Assembly: GCA_965214905.1 (NCBI GenBank)
Contig: OZ243984.1
Location: 2,006,003 to 2,070,002, forward strand
Source: an uncultured Candidatus Binatia bacterium
GTDB lineage: Bacteria > Desulfobacterota > Binatia > UBA9968 > JAJDTQ01
Direction of reading: 5' to 3'
DNA length: 64,000 bases
The stretch's first letter is position 1. The number at the start of each line of letters is the position of its first letter. The notes below the pieces were generated by a model. That model worked only from the letters and a program-made list of their open reading frames with translations, did not search any database and had not been told where the DNA came from. Both the position numbers and the translations under genes were made by a program. Shown here piece after piece: positions 31,069 through 39,497 of this stretch.

Positions 31069-31628
31069 CCGACGCACGGACGCTGCCAGCGAGGCCGGAC
31101 TTCACCCTTGGTGCAATCGCAATGCCGCACGAGACGCCCTCCGACGAGGTGCCGCAGGCGCTGTGGCCGGACCGCGGGATCCTGCACGACGCGGACCGTA
31201 TTCAAAGCACGACATCGACGATCATCTCCGGACGATGCTGCGGAGCACGACGTGGCTACCGGCGATTGGCGCGAAGCCGGTCAGGCCCGAGGATGTAATC
31301 GACCTCCGTCGCCTCATCCTGGATCTCGGCGCGGACTCCAAGCTGCCGGGAAGGCGGATGGAGTGGCGCGACCCGGCGGCAACGATTCAAGGTTGGCTTG
31401 GCTGGAAAGTGCTCGTGACCATGCTGCCCGGAACGTCGATGACTTGCGACTGCCGTTTCTGAAACCGCTGCTGAGCGATTTGGCCCTGTTCCGGCCGGAG
31501 AGCGGCGCCGGGGAATAGGGCGAAAGGGGCAGTTGCGCCCACTCTCCTCATGTAGCGGCCATTCGACCCGCCGTGCTACGAAATCCGGGAGCCATAGCCG
31601 TTGGGGCGAGCGTCACGGGAGGATCGTC

Positions 31629-33383
31629 ATGGATGCAGTGCAGATGGAGGTGGTCTACCGGGCCACCGCGCAGATCGCCAAGGAGCTGGCGCTCAACATG
31701 CTCCGGACCGGCTATTCGAGCGTGATCAAGGAGAGCCAGGACTTCACCTTCACGATTTTCGACGGCGCCGGACGCATGGTGACCCAGGGACTGCCGCAGC
31801 CGCTCCACATCGGCGGCATCTCGGCCCAGGTGGGCGAGGTGATCCGGGTGTTCGGCGACGCCATGGTGGAGGGCGATGTCTTCATACTCAACCACCCGTA
31901 CTTCGCCTGTCAGAACCACGCCACGGACGTGACCGTGGTCTCTCCCGTCTTCGACCGGGGCGGGCGGGTGGCCTTCATCGCCAACACGGCGCACAAGCCG
32001 GACCTGGGCGGCAAGGTGCCGGGCACCAACTCCCCGGACGCCACCGACGTGATCCAGGAAGGGCTGCTGCTGCCGGCCCTCCGGCTCTATCGCGCGGGCG
32101 AGCTCAACGAAGACCTCAAGACCATCGTGATGGCCAACACCCGGACGCCGGAGATTACCTGGGGGGACATCCAGGCTCAGGCCCAGACCAACTTCTACGG
32201 GCTGAAGAAGCTCGCGGAGTTGATGGATCACTACGGCTCCGATCAGGTGACCGCGTGCTGGGCCGAGTGGATGGACATCTGCGAGGCGGAGGTGCGGAAG
32301 GCCATCGAGAAGATTCCGGACGGGAGCTACGGCCCCTGCGTGGATTTCCTCGACGACGACGGGCTGGATCGGGAGCGCTCCTACCGCATTGCCGCGTCCC
32401 TGCGGGTGGCCGGCGACGAACTGCACTTTTCCCTGGAGTCGTCGGAGCAGGCACGGGGTCCCATCAACCTCCGGCCCTGCGTCATCAGGAACTTCATCGA
32501 CTGCCTCGTGGTGGCGGTGCTGTGCCCGGACCTGCCGGTGAACCAGGGCATTTCCCGGCCCATCCAGGTCTCCTTTCCGCCCGAGGGCTCGATCCTGAAC
32601 CCGCGCTATCCCGCGCCGGTGAACATGTACGTCCGTCCCGCCCAGATGGTCACCTCGGTGGTCCAGATGCTGCTGGCCGAAACCCTGCCCGAGGTGGTGC
32701 CGGCGCCGGATAGCGGCGCCGGCGGGTCGGTGTCCATTTCGGGGCAGGACGCCGACCGGGGGCGGTGGTTCTCGCTCTACGATCTCAACTGCGGCGGTGG
32801 CGGCGCACGCGCCGACGCCGACGGTCCGGCGGTGCTGAACTCGCTCGTGATCAACGTGATGAACACCCCGGTGGAACCGCTGGAGACCGAGTTTCCCATC
32901 CGCATCGAGCGCTACGAACTGTTCGAGGAATCCGGCGGCGCCGGACGCTTGCGCGGCGGCCTGGGCATGGTCCGGGACTGGAAGATGCTGGCGGACGAAA
33001 CCTACGTCAACCTGCGCAGCGACCGCTTCAAGTACTCTGCCCCGGGTCTGCACGGGGCGCGGCACGCGCTGCCGTCGTCGGCCTTTCTCAACCCCGGCAC
33101 GGAGAAGGAGGAACGGCTTCCGTCCAAGGTGAGCCGGCTGCGGCTGGGAAAGGGCGACGTGTTCCGCATTCGATACGCCGGCGGTGGCGGCCGCGGCGAC
33201 CCCCTGGAGCGGGAGCCGTCCAAGGTCCTGGACGACGTGCGGGACGGCTACATCAGCGCGGAAACCGCGCGGGAGGTCTACGGCGTGGCGGTGAGCGGCC
33301 GGCCGCCCGAGGTCGACGAGGCGGAGACCGGACGGCTCAGGAGCGCGGCCCGCACCGCCGGCGCCGTACCGGAACGGCCGTAG
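31629..33383 (+). CDS. hyuB: Hydantoinase B / 5-oxoprolinase B-family subunit
   Basis: HyuB-family conserved blocks (VISPVFDRGGRVAFIANTAHKPDLGG; NVMNTPVE). Start at MDAVQMEV. Confidence 0.8.
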   Translation: MDAVQMEVVYRATAQIAKELALNMLRTGYSSVIKESQDFTFTIFDGAGRMVTQGLPQPLHIGGISAQVGEVIRVFGDAMVEGDVFILNHPYFACQNHATDVTVVSPVFDRGGRVAFIANTAHKPDLGGKVPGTNSPDATDVIQEGLLLPALRLYRAGELNEDLKTIVMANTRTPEITWGDIQAQAQTNFYGLKKLAELMDHYGSDQVTACWAEWMDICEAEVRKAIEKIPDGSYGPCVDFLDDDGLDRERSYRIAASLRVAGDELHFSLESSEQARGPINLRPCVIRNFIDCLVVAVLCPDLPVNQGISRPIQVSFPPEGSILNPRYPAPVNMYVRPAQMVTSVVQMLLAETLPEVVPAPDSGAGGSVSISGQDADRGRWFSLYDLNCGGGGARADADGPAVLNSLVINVMNTPVEPLETEFPIRIERYELFEESGGAGRLRGGLGMVRDWKMLADETYVNLRSDRFKYSAPGLHGARHALPSSAFLNPGTEKEERLPSKVSRLRLGKGDVFRIRYAGGGGRGDPLEREPSKVLDDVRDGYISAETAREVYGVAVSGRPPEVDEAETGRLRSAARTAGAVPERP

Positions 33384-33507
33384 TGTCTTGTTGCCGACAA
33401 ACGCGCATGGCCCTGCGGGCCACCCCGGAACATGAAAACACGGCTGTCGCGGTATTTTCACGACAGATCGCCACGACGACCTGCCGACAAATCGTGACGG
33501 CGACCTG

Positions 33508-33538
33508 TAGGGGCGGGTTTCAAACCCGCCCGTGCCCG
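33508..33538. repeat. Family A repeat copy (taggggcgggtttcaaacccgcccgtgccc)
   Basis: Palindromic hairpin abutting the MFS gene start. Confidence 0.7.
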
Positions 33539-33539
33539 C

Positions 33540-34730
33540 ATGTCTGCTAGACCGCCCGTGGAACCGCACACCGGAACACCGGGGATCTGGTTCCGTGACT
33601 TTCTGTTGACCAGCGGCGCCCGCTTCGGGCTGTTCTTCGCGCTGTTCCTGATCGAACCGGTGTTCCCCCTCTACCTCAAGGGCATGGGGGCCAGCTCGTT
33701 CATGATCGGGCTGGTCATGGCCGCATTCCCCTTTGGCGCCACCATAGTACGGCCGCTGGTGGGGGCCTACATCGACCGCCTCGGAAGCAAGCTCTTTCTC
33801 GTCGGCGGCCTGACCATCTTCATCACCGCCGCCACGGGCTACATCTGGACCGCGTCGGTCTTCGTGGCGCTGCTCCTGCGGACGTATCACGGCTTCGGCT
33901 GGTCGGGATGCACCACGTCGGTGGGCACCCTGGTGGCCGACATCGCGCCGGATCACTTGCGCGGCACCCTCATCAGCTACTCCGGAGCGGTGAGCACCGT
34001 GGCCTACGCCGTCGCCGCGGGGATCACCTTCACGGTGGTCCGGTTGTGGGGCTTCCCGACGCTGTTTCTGAGCGCGGTGGCAGTGGGAGCGTTGGGATTG
34101 CTGGCGGCGGTGTTCATTCGCGAGCCGGCCCGCGTTCAGGCCGCGGCCCGACAACGGCGCTGGTTCGACACCTTCATCCTGCCCGAATCGCTCATGCCCG
34201 CCGTGAGCATGAGTCTCCTGGGATTCTCCCGCGGCAGCATCATCGCCTTTTTGTCCCTGTACGCCCTGGAGGTGGGGCTGGAGGATCCGGGTCTTTGGTT
34301 CTCGGTCTTCGCGGTGGCGGTGGTGGCCGGCAGGCCCGTTTTCGGTCCGCTTTCCGACCGCAAGGGCAGGCCCTTCGTGATCATACCCTGTTACGTCCTG
34401 TCGCTGGCGGGGATGGTGGTGCTGTCGCTGGCGGGCTCGCCCAATATGCTGCTGGTCTCCGCGGTCATCGTCGGGATAGGCTACGGCTCCGCACATGCCG
34501 CGCTCATGACCATGGCCATCGACCTGGCTCCGCCCGGGCGGCGGGGCCTGAGCATGGCCCAGTACCACCTCTTCTACGATCTCGCCATCGGCCTGGGCGG
34601 AGTCGTGCCCGGCGCCATGCTCTACTTTACCGACAACAACTATCCGGCTATGTTCCTCTCCACCACGGTGGTGGGGCTGGTCGGGTTCGTACTGTTCATG
34701 ATGAGGTATCGAGGGAGCATGGCGCGATGA
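33540..34730 (+). CDS. MFS transporter
   Basis: 12-TM MFS with the DRLGSK motif between TM2 and TM3. Confidence 0.8.
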   Translation: MSARPPVEPHTGTPGIWFRDFLLTSGARFGLFFALFLIEPVFPLYLKGMGASSFMIGLVMAAFPFGATIVRPLVGAYIDRLGSKLFLVGGLTIFITAATGYIWTASVFVALLLRTYHGFGWSGCTTSVGTLVADIAPDHLRGTLISYSGAVSTVAYAVAAGITFTVVRLWGFPTLFLSAVAVGALGLLAAVFIREPARVQAAARQRRWFDTFILPESLMPAVSMSLLGFSRGSIIAFLSLYALEVGLEDPGLWFSVFAVAVVAGRPVFGPLSDRKGRPFVIIPCYVLSLAGMVVLSLAGSPNMLLVSAVIVGIGYGSAHAALMTMAIDLAPPGRRGLSMAQYHLFYDLAIGLGGVVPGAMLYFTDNNYPAMFLSTTVVGLVGFVLFMMRYRGSMAR

Positions 34731-34901
34731 TCGGGGTGATACGAGACCGGCGGCGAAGCTCCGGATCCGTCGTTCCCGCGCCAGCGGAAATGACGGCGTG
34801 GGGGGTCCTCGCCGCTCGACGGCACGCATCGGATACGGAGTCGAGACGACGCGAACCAAAGCCTTCAGGGCCGGAATGAAAGCCTTCGGGACCAGAACGG
34901 G

Positions 34902-36950
34902 ATGAGTCTTCGGATCGGCATTGACGTCGGCGGCACCTTCACGGACGTCACGGTGCTCGACGAGGACACGGGGCAGATCCGGGAAGTCCGCAAGGTGCCG
35001 TCCAATCCCGCGGCGCCCCTGGAGGTGCTCGACGGCGTGTTGGCGGACGTGTGCGCCAAGTGGGGTCCGGAGGCGCTCTCCTACCTGTTGCACGGCTCCA
35101 CCCACGCCCTCAACACGGTGCTCGAGGAAAAGGGCAGCCGCACGGGCCTTCTCACTACCCAGGGGTTCCGCGACGTGTACGAGATCGCGCGTCAGTGGAA
35201 GGGTGAGGAGGTCTTCAACATCTTCTATCCCGGGGGCAAGCGTTTCGTCCCGCGCCGCCGCATCGCGGAGGTCCCCGAGCGCCTCGACAAGTCCGGCAAG
35301 GTGATGGCGCCCCTGGATCCGGACTCCATCGACGACGCCCTGGCCGGTCTGATGGAGCAGGGCGTCGACGCCCTGGCCATTGCGTTCCTGTTCTCCTACG
35401 TCAACCCGGCCCACGAGCGGTTGGCGGCGGAACACATCCGTTCACGCTATCCGGACCTGTTCGTGTCGTTGTCGTCGGAGGTGAATCCGGTGTGGCGCGA
35501 GTACGAGCGCACCGCCACCACGGTGCTGAACGCCTATCTCGGCCCGCGCATGGAACAGTACTTCGCCGGCATGGAGGAGACCGTGCTGCGCCACTTCCCG
35601 CGGGCGCACGCTTTCCTGATGAAGTCCAACGGCGGTATCGGCGCCCCCAGGGCCATGGCCCGGTTTCCGGTCCGGACGCTCATGTCCGGTCCGGTGGCGG
35701 GGGTGGTGGCCGCCCACGAGCTGGGCGCCCGCACCGGGGCCTCCAACCTGATCTCGCTGGACATCGGCGGCACCAGCAGCGACATGTCGTTGATACCGGG
35801 AAGGCCGCTCTTCCGCACCGAGTGGCAGATCGGGCGCCATCCCGTGCGCGTGGATTCGGTGGAGGTGGAGAGTCTGGGGGCGGGCGGCGGCAGCCTGGCC
35901 CGGGTGCGTTACGGCAAGGTGCTCCAGGTCGGGCCGCAGAGCGCCGGCGCGGCGCCGGGACCGGCCTGTTACATGCGCGGCGGCCACCAGCCCACGCTGA
36001 CCGACGCGCTGGTGCAACTGCGCCATCTGAATCCCCGGGCGCTGCTCCAGGGCGAGATGCCCATCGATGCGGAACTCTCGGCCGAGGCCATCCGGCGCGC
36101 GGTGGCGGAGCCGCTGGACATGTCCGAGGACGAGGCGGCCCTGGGGATCCTGCGCGTGCTGGTGGCCAACATCGTCTCCTCCATGCGCACCATCACCATC
36201 GAGCGGGGCTTCCATCCCGCGGACTTCGTCCTCGCTCCCTTCGGCGGCATGGGGCCGACGCTGGCCACCGCGGTGGCCTCGTCCCTGGGCATCGGCCGGA
36301 TCCTGATTCCCACCGATCCGGGTAATTTCAGCGCCTTCGGCATGCTGCTTTCGGACCTGCGCTCGGACGCGGTCACGACCCGGGTGGTGGCGCTCACCCC
36401 GGATTCCCTGAGCGACGCGGTGGCAGCGCTGCGCGACCTCGAAGTCGCGGTGCGGCGCGAGCTCGCCTCCCAGGGACCGTCTCCGGACCGGATACGTGTT
36501 GATTGGCTGCTGGACATGCGTTACCGTGAGCAGGCCTACGAGTTGACGGTCCCCATCGCCAAGGATCCCGCGAAGCTCAATGTCGACGAGATTTGCGACC
36601 GGTTCGGCCAAGCCCACGAACAGCGTTACGGCCACCGGGCGGACGACGAGGTCGTCGAGGTGGTCAACCTTCGGGCGTCCGCCTACGCTTCGCTGGGCAA
36701 GCCGGAGCTGTCTCGGGGGCCGGAGGCGCGGGAGCGGCAACCCGCCCCGGAGCGCCGCCGGGCGGTCATGCTCGACGGTGCGCACGACGTACCGGTATTT
36801 CGCCGGGACGCTCTCGCCCCAGGCACGGAAGCGAGGGGCCCCGTCATCGTCGAGGAGAAGACCTCCACCACGGTGGTGGAGCCGGGCTGGGCGCTACGCG
36901 TGGACCCCGAGGGAAACCTGGACCTGACGCGCGTCCCTGCCGAACGGTGA
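34902..36950 (+). CDS. hyuA: Hydantoinase A / 5-oxoprolinase A-family subunit
   Basis: N-terminal IGIDVGGTFTDV ASKHA motif; 682 aa. Confidence 0.85.
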   Translation: MSLRIGIDVGGTFTDVTVLDEDTGQIREVRKVPSNPAAPLEVLDGVLADVCAKWGPEALSYLLHGSTHALNTVLEEKGSRTGLLTTQGFRDVYEIARQWKGEEVFNIFYPGGKRFVPRRRIAEVPERLDKSGKVMAPLDPDSIDDALAGLMEQGVDALAIAFLFSYVNPAHERLAAEHIRSRYPDLFVSLSSEVNPVWREYERTATTVLNAYLGPRMEQYFAGMEETVLRHFPRAHAFLMKSNGGIGAPRAMARFPVRTLMSGPVAGVVAAHELGARTGASNLISLDIGGTSSDMSLIPGRPLFRTEWQIGRHPVRVDSVEVESLGAGGGSLARVRYGKVLQVGPQSAGAAPGPACYMRGGHQPTLTDALVQLRHLNPRALLQGEMPIDAELSAEAIRRAVAEPLDMSEDEAALGILRVLVANIVSSMRTITIERGFHPADFVLAPFGGMGPTLATAVASSLGIGRILIPTDPGNFSAFGMLLSDLRSDAVTTRVVALTPDSLSDAVAALRDLEVAVRRELASQGPSPDRIRVDWLLDMRYREQAYELTVPIAKDPAKLNVDEICDRFGQAHEQRYGHRADDEVVEVVNLRASAYASLGKPELSRGPEARERQPAPERRRAVMLDGAHDVPVFRRDALAPGTEARGPVIVEEKTSTTVVEPGWALRVDPEGNLDLTRVPAER

Positions 36951-36960
36951 TCGGGAGCCT

Positions 36961-37016
36961 GAGAGAGGGGGCGAGGAGGGGTATGCCCTCTCCCTTTGGA
37001 AGGGGCAGGGTGAGGG
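36961..37016. repeat. Family C-like repeat (ccctctccctttggaaggggcagggtgaggg)
   Basis: gggagaggg/ccctctccc arms; sits downstream of hyuA. Confidence 0.5.
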
Positions 37017-37140
37017 AAAAATGCACATGGAGACTCCTACAGGTTGCTTGCAGGTACCTGCGTATGGTCCCGGCCATGTCGGGTCAGGCAAGCGCTGACA
37101 GAAATCGGCCTGAAGAAGGCAGGCGGTACGGAGGCATCAC

Positions 37141-38103
37141 ATGAAGATACTGATCACGGGCGGCATGGGCGTGAACGGCGCGGTCACGGCGAGGCACTTG
37201 GTCCGGGCGGGTGTGCGGCCGGTGCTGATGGACAACCGGATGGACCTCTCGCTGATCTCGGATATCGAGAAGAGCGTCGATCTGGTGGTCGGGGACATCC
37301 TGGACCCCGAGGGCCTGGACAAGATCGTCGCCGACCATGAGATCACCCACGTGGCCCACTTGGCGGCGCTGATGCCCGGTCCCGCGGAGGCGGATCCGGC
37401 CCTGGGCATCAAGGTCGGGGTTGACGGCACCCTGAACGTTCTCGAAATCGCCCGGCGCCGGGGGCTCGAACGGGTGGTGTTCACCAGCTCCAAGGCGGTG
37501 TACGGCGAGATCCGCGGGCGTCACGCCTATCCCGAGTACGTGCCGGTGAACGAGGAGCACCCTCAGAACCCGGCCGACCTCTACGGCACCATCAAGGTGT
37601 GCTGCGAGACCCTGTGCACCTACTACCAGAAGAAGTACGGGGTAAGCTCCGTCGCCCTGCGCTTCGGCTCCATCTACGGTCCGGGCAAGGAGGTGCGTCA
37701 CGGTGCGCTGTCGCTCTACGGCCAGATGATCGAGAACGTGATGTCGGGCAAGGGCTTCTCGGCCAGCGGCGGGGACCAGTCCAACGAGGCGCTCTACGTG
37801 GGCGACGTGGCCCGCTCCATCATCCTGGCGCTGGAGGTGAAGGACCCGGCCGAGCGCACGTTCAACATCGGCACCGGCGTGGGCGTCACCCTCCACGACT
37901 TCAAGCGCATCCTCGGCGGGCTCTACCCGGACAGCAGAATCGAGATCGGCTCGGGGCTGGAGTTCCGCATGACCGAGAAGAAGAGCTACTGCATCTTCGA
38001 CATCGGCAAGGCCAAAGAACACCTGGGCTTCACTCCGGCCTACGACCTCGAAGCCGGCATCAAGGACTACATCGAGACCATCGAGCGGCTGCGGCCGCAG
38101 TAG
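37141..38103 (+). CDS. NAD-dependent epimerase/dehydratase (extended SDR)
   Basis: ILITGGMGVNGA Rossmann motif plus Y-x3-K (YGTIKVCCE). Confidence 0.8.
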   Translation: MKILITGGMGVNGAVTARHLVRAGVRPVLMDNRMDLSLISDIEKSVDLVVGDILDPEGLDKIVADHEITHVAHLAALMPGPAEADPALGIKVGVDGTLNVLEIARRRGLERVVFTSSKAVYGEIRGRHAYPEYVPVNEEHPQNPADLYGTIKVCCETLCTYYQKKYGVSSVALRFGSIYGPGKEVRHGALSLYGQMIENVMSGKGFSASGGDQSNEALYVGDVARSIILALEVKDPAERTFNIGTGVGVTLHDFKRILGGLYPDSRIEIGSGLEFRMTEKKSYCIFDIGKAKEHLGFTPAYDLEAGIKDYIETIERLRPQ

Positions 38104-38232
38104 TGCTTCGGAGCCCGGGGACCCCGACACCCTGGTCGGCGGTAGTCCCGATAGACAAGATCAGGGAGCATACAACGTCGAGCGTCGAGGCGACGCGAGT
38201 TTCCATCAAGAAGATCTAACGGGAATCCAGAA

Positions 38233-39477
38233 GTGCGTGTCGCGTACATAGCGCAGCCTGATACGCAACTTGGGCTTGTGCTGTCGGAACTGCTTGAGTC
38301 GGACCCGAAACCTTTACGAATTGTCTTTGTTTCCGCTTTCGTTGGACTTCAGACCGTCATAAGGATCAAGGAAGACATCCTCGAACTTCGAGCCGCCGGT
38401 ACGGATGTGAGATTCGTCTTGGGGATCGATCTCGGAGGCACGAGTCGAGAAGTGCTCAAGGAATTGCTCGACTGGGCTATCGAGGTGCACGTGGTCAAAC
38501 ACCGCACTCCGGGCCATACGTTTCACCCGAAGCTGTACCTGTTCGAGTGGCATGACCATGCGACGATCATTCTGGGATCGAACAACATTACTGAAGGAGG
38601 GTTTTTCGGAAACTATGAGAGTGCGGCTCAAATCACGTATAGGATCCCCGATGACAGTGCGGGTTTCAGCAAGGCCCGTGACTCCCTCAAACGTTTTCTC
38701 GACCCCGGAGGCCCTGCGGTTTACGCACTCACAGACGACTTCCTTGGTAAACTGATTGCTGGCCAGCAGATTCCAACGGAAGCGGAGGCGCGCCACGGCC
38801 GAGACTTTCTCAAGACCGCCAGGAAACGCGAGAGGGCCGATGTAGTTCGCCTCTTTGGCATCGAAGCCATCGAACCTCCACCACCATTGCCGGCGAGTCT
38901 TCTCGAACGTCTTTTGAGGGATGTCCGCCGACGGCGGAGGGAGGCTCGAAAAGGTGCAAGCACGGCGGCGGAAGAGAGATTTCGTCCTCCTATCGAAGGG
39001 GGAATAAGCGATCCATTGCTGCCAGCCGCCTTTTACATGACGCTTCCGAAATTGCAGGGTGACAAAATTCCCGGCGAAGCGAGAGTACCGCTTGAAGCGA
39101 TCGAACTGGCGAAGGAGTTTTGGGGCTGGCAGGACGAGTACTCCAAGGACGAGAGTCCTCGCGCCGGGAAAGCGCGTGTCTACTGGAACTGGAGGCCAAG
39201 CTGGCGGATTTTCAGCGTCAGTTCTCCCCATGACGTGACAGTCCAGGAGGTCCGGATGTACATGTACGAGAACAGTGCGGACTTCCGCTTCTATGTTCGT
39301 CCCCTTGTCAACGCAGGAGCCGATACGGGAGACGTGATCCGCATACGTCGGATTTCGGCGCCTGACGCTGAGTACGAATGCGCACTGGCTTGTCGGGGCA
39401 CTGCGGAACACACGGCTTGGGTGACTTGCTGTACGCAGCCGGTGCGAAACAGCACACGCCGGTTCGGCTACGCCTGA
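38233..39477 (+). CDS. Phospholipase-D-family (HxK..GSxN) nuclease, putative BfiI-like Type IIS restriction endonuclease
   Basis: Single HKD motif HPKLYLFEW..GSNNIT in the N-terminal about 140 aa. C-terminal about 150 aa (KARVYWNWRPSWRIFSV..FYVRPLV) is a plausible DNA-recognition domain. Markedly lower GC. Convergent with a DNA methyltransferase. Confidence 0.55.
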   Translation: MRVAYIAQPDTQLGLVLSELLESDPKPLRIVFVSAFVGLQTVIRIKEDILELRAAGTDVRFVLGIDLGGTSREVLKELLDWAIEVHVVKHRTPGHTFHPKLYLFEWHDHATIILGSNNITEGGFFGNYESAAQITYRIPDDSAGFSKARDSLKRFLDPGGPAVYALTDDFLGKLIAGQQIPTEAEARHGRDFLKTARKRERADVVRLFGIEAIEPPPPLPASLLERLLRDVRRRRREARKGASTAAEERFRPPIEGGISDPLLPAAFYMTLPKLQGDKIPGEARVPLEAIELAKEFWGWQDEYSKDESPRAGKARVYWNWRPSWRIFSVSSPHDVTVQEVRMYMYENSADFRFYVRPLVNAGADTGDVIRIRRISAPDAEYECALACRGTAEHTAWVTCCTQPVRNSTRRFGYA

Positions 39478-39497
39478 CCGTTTCCCATCGCATCAGG

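Noticed and set aside
31548-35435. 1295-aa ORF on the - strand opposite hyuB, MFS and hyuA
   Set aside because: Same compositional artefact. The sense-strand genes have clear family signatures (hydantoinase A/B, MFS).
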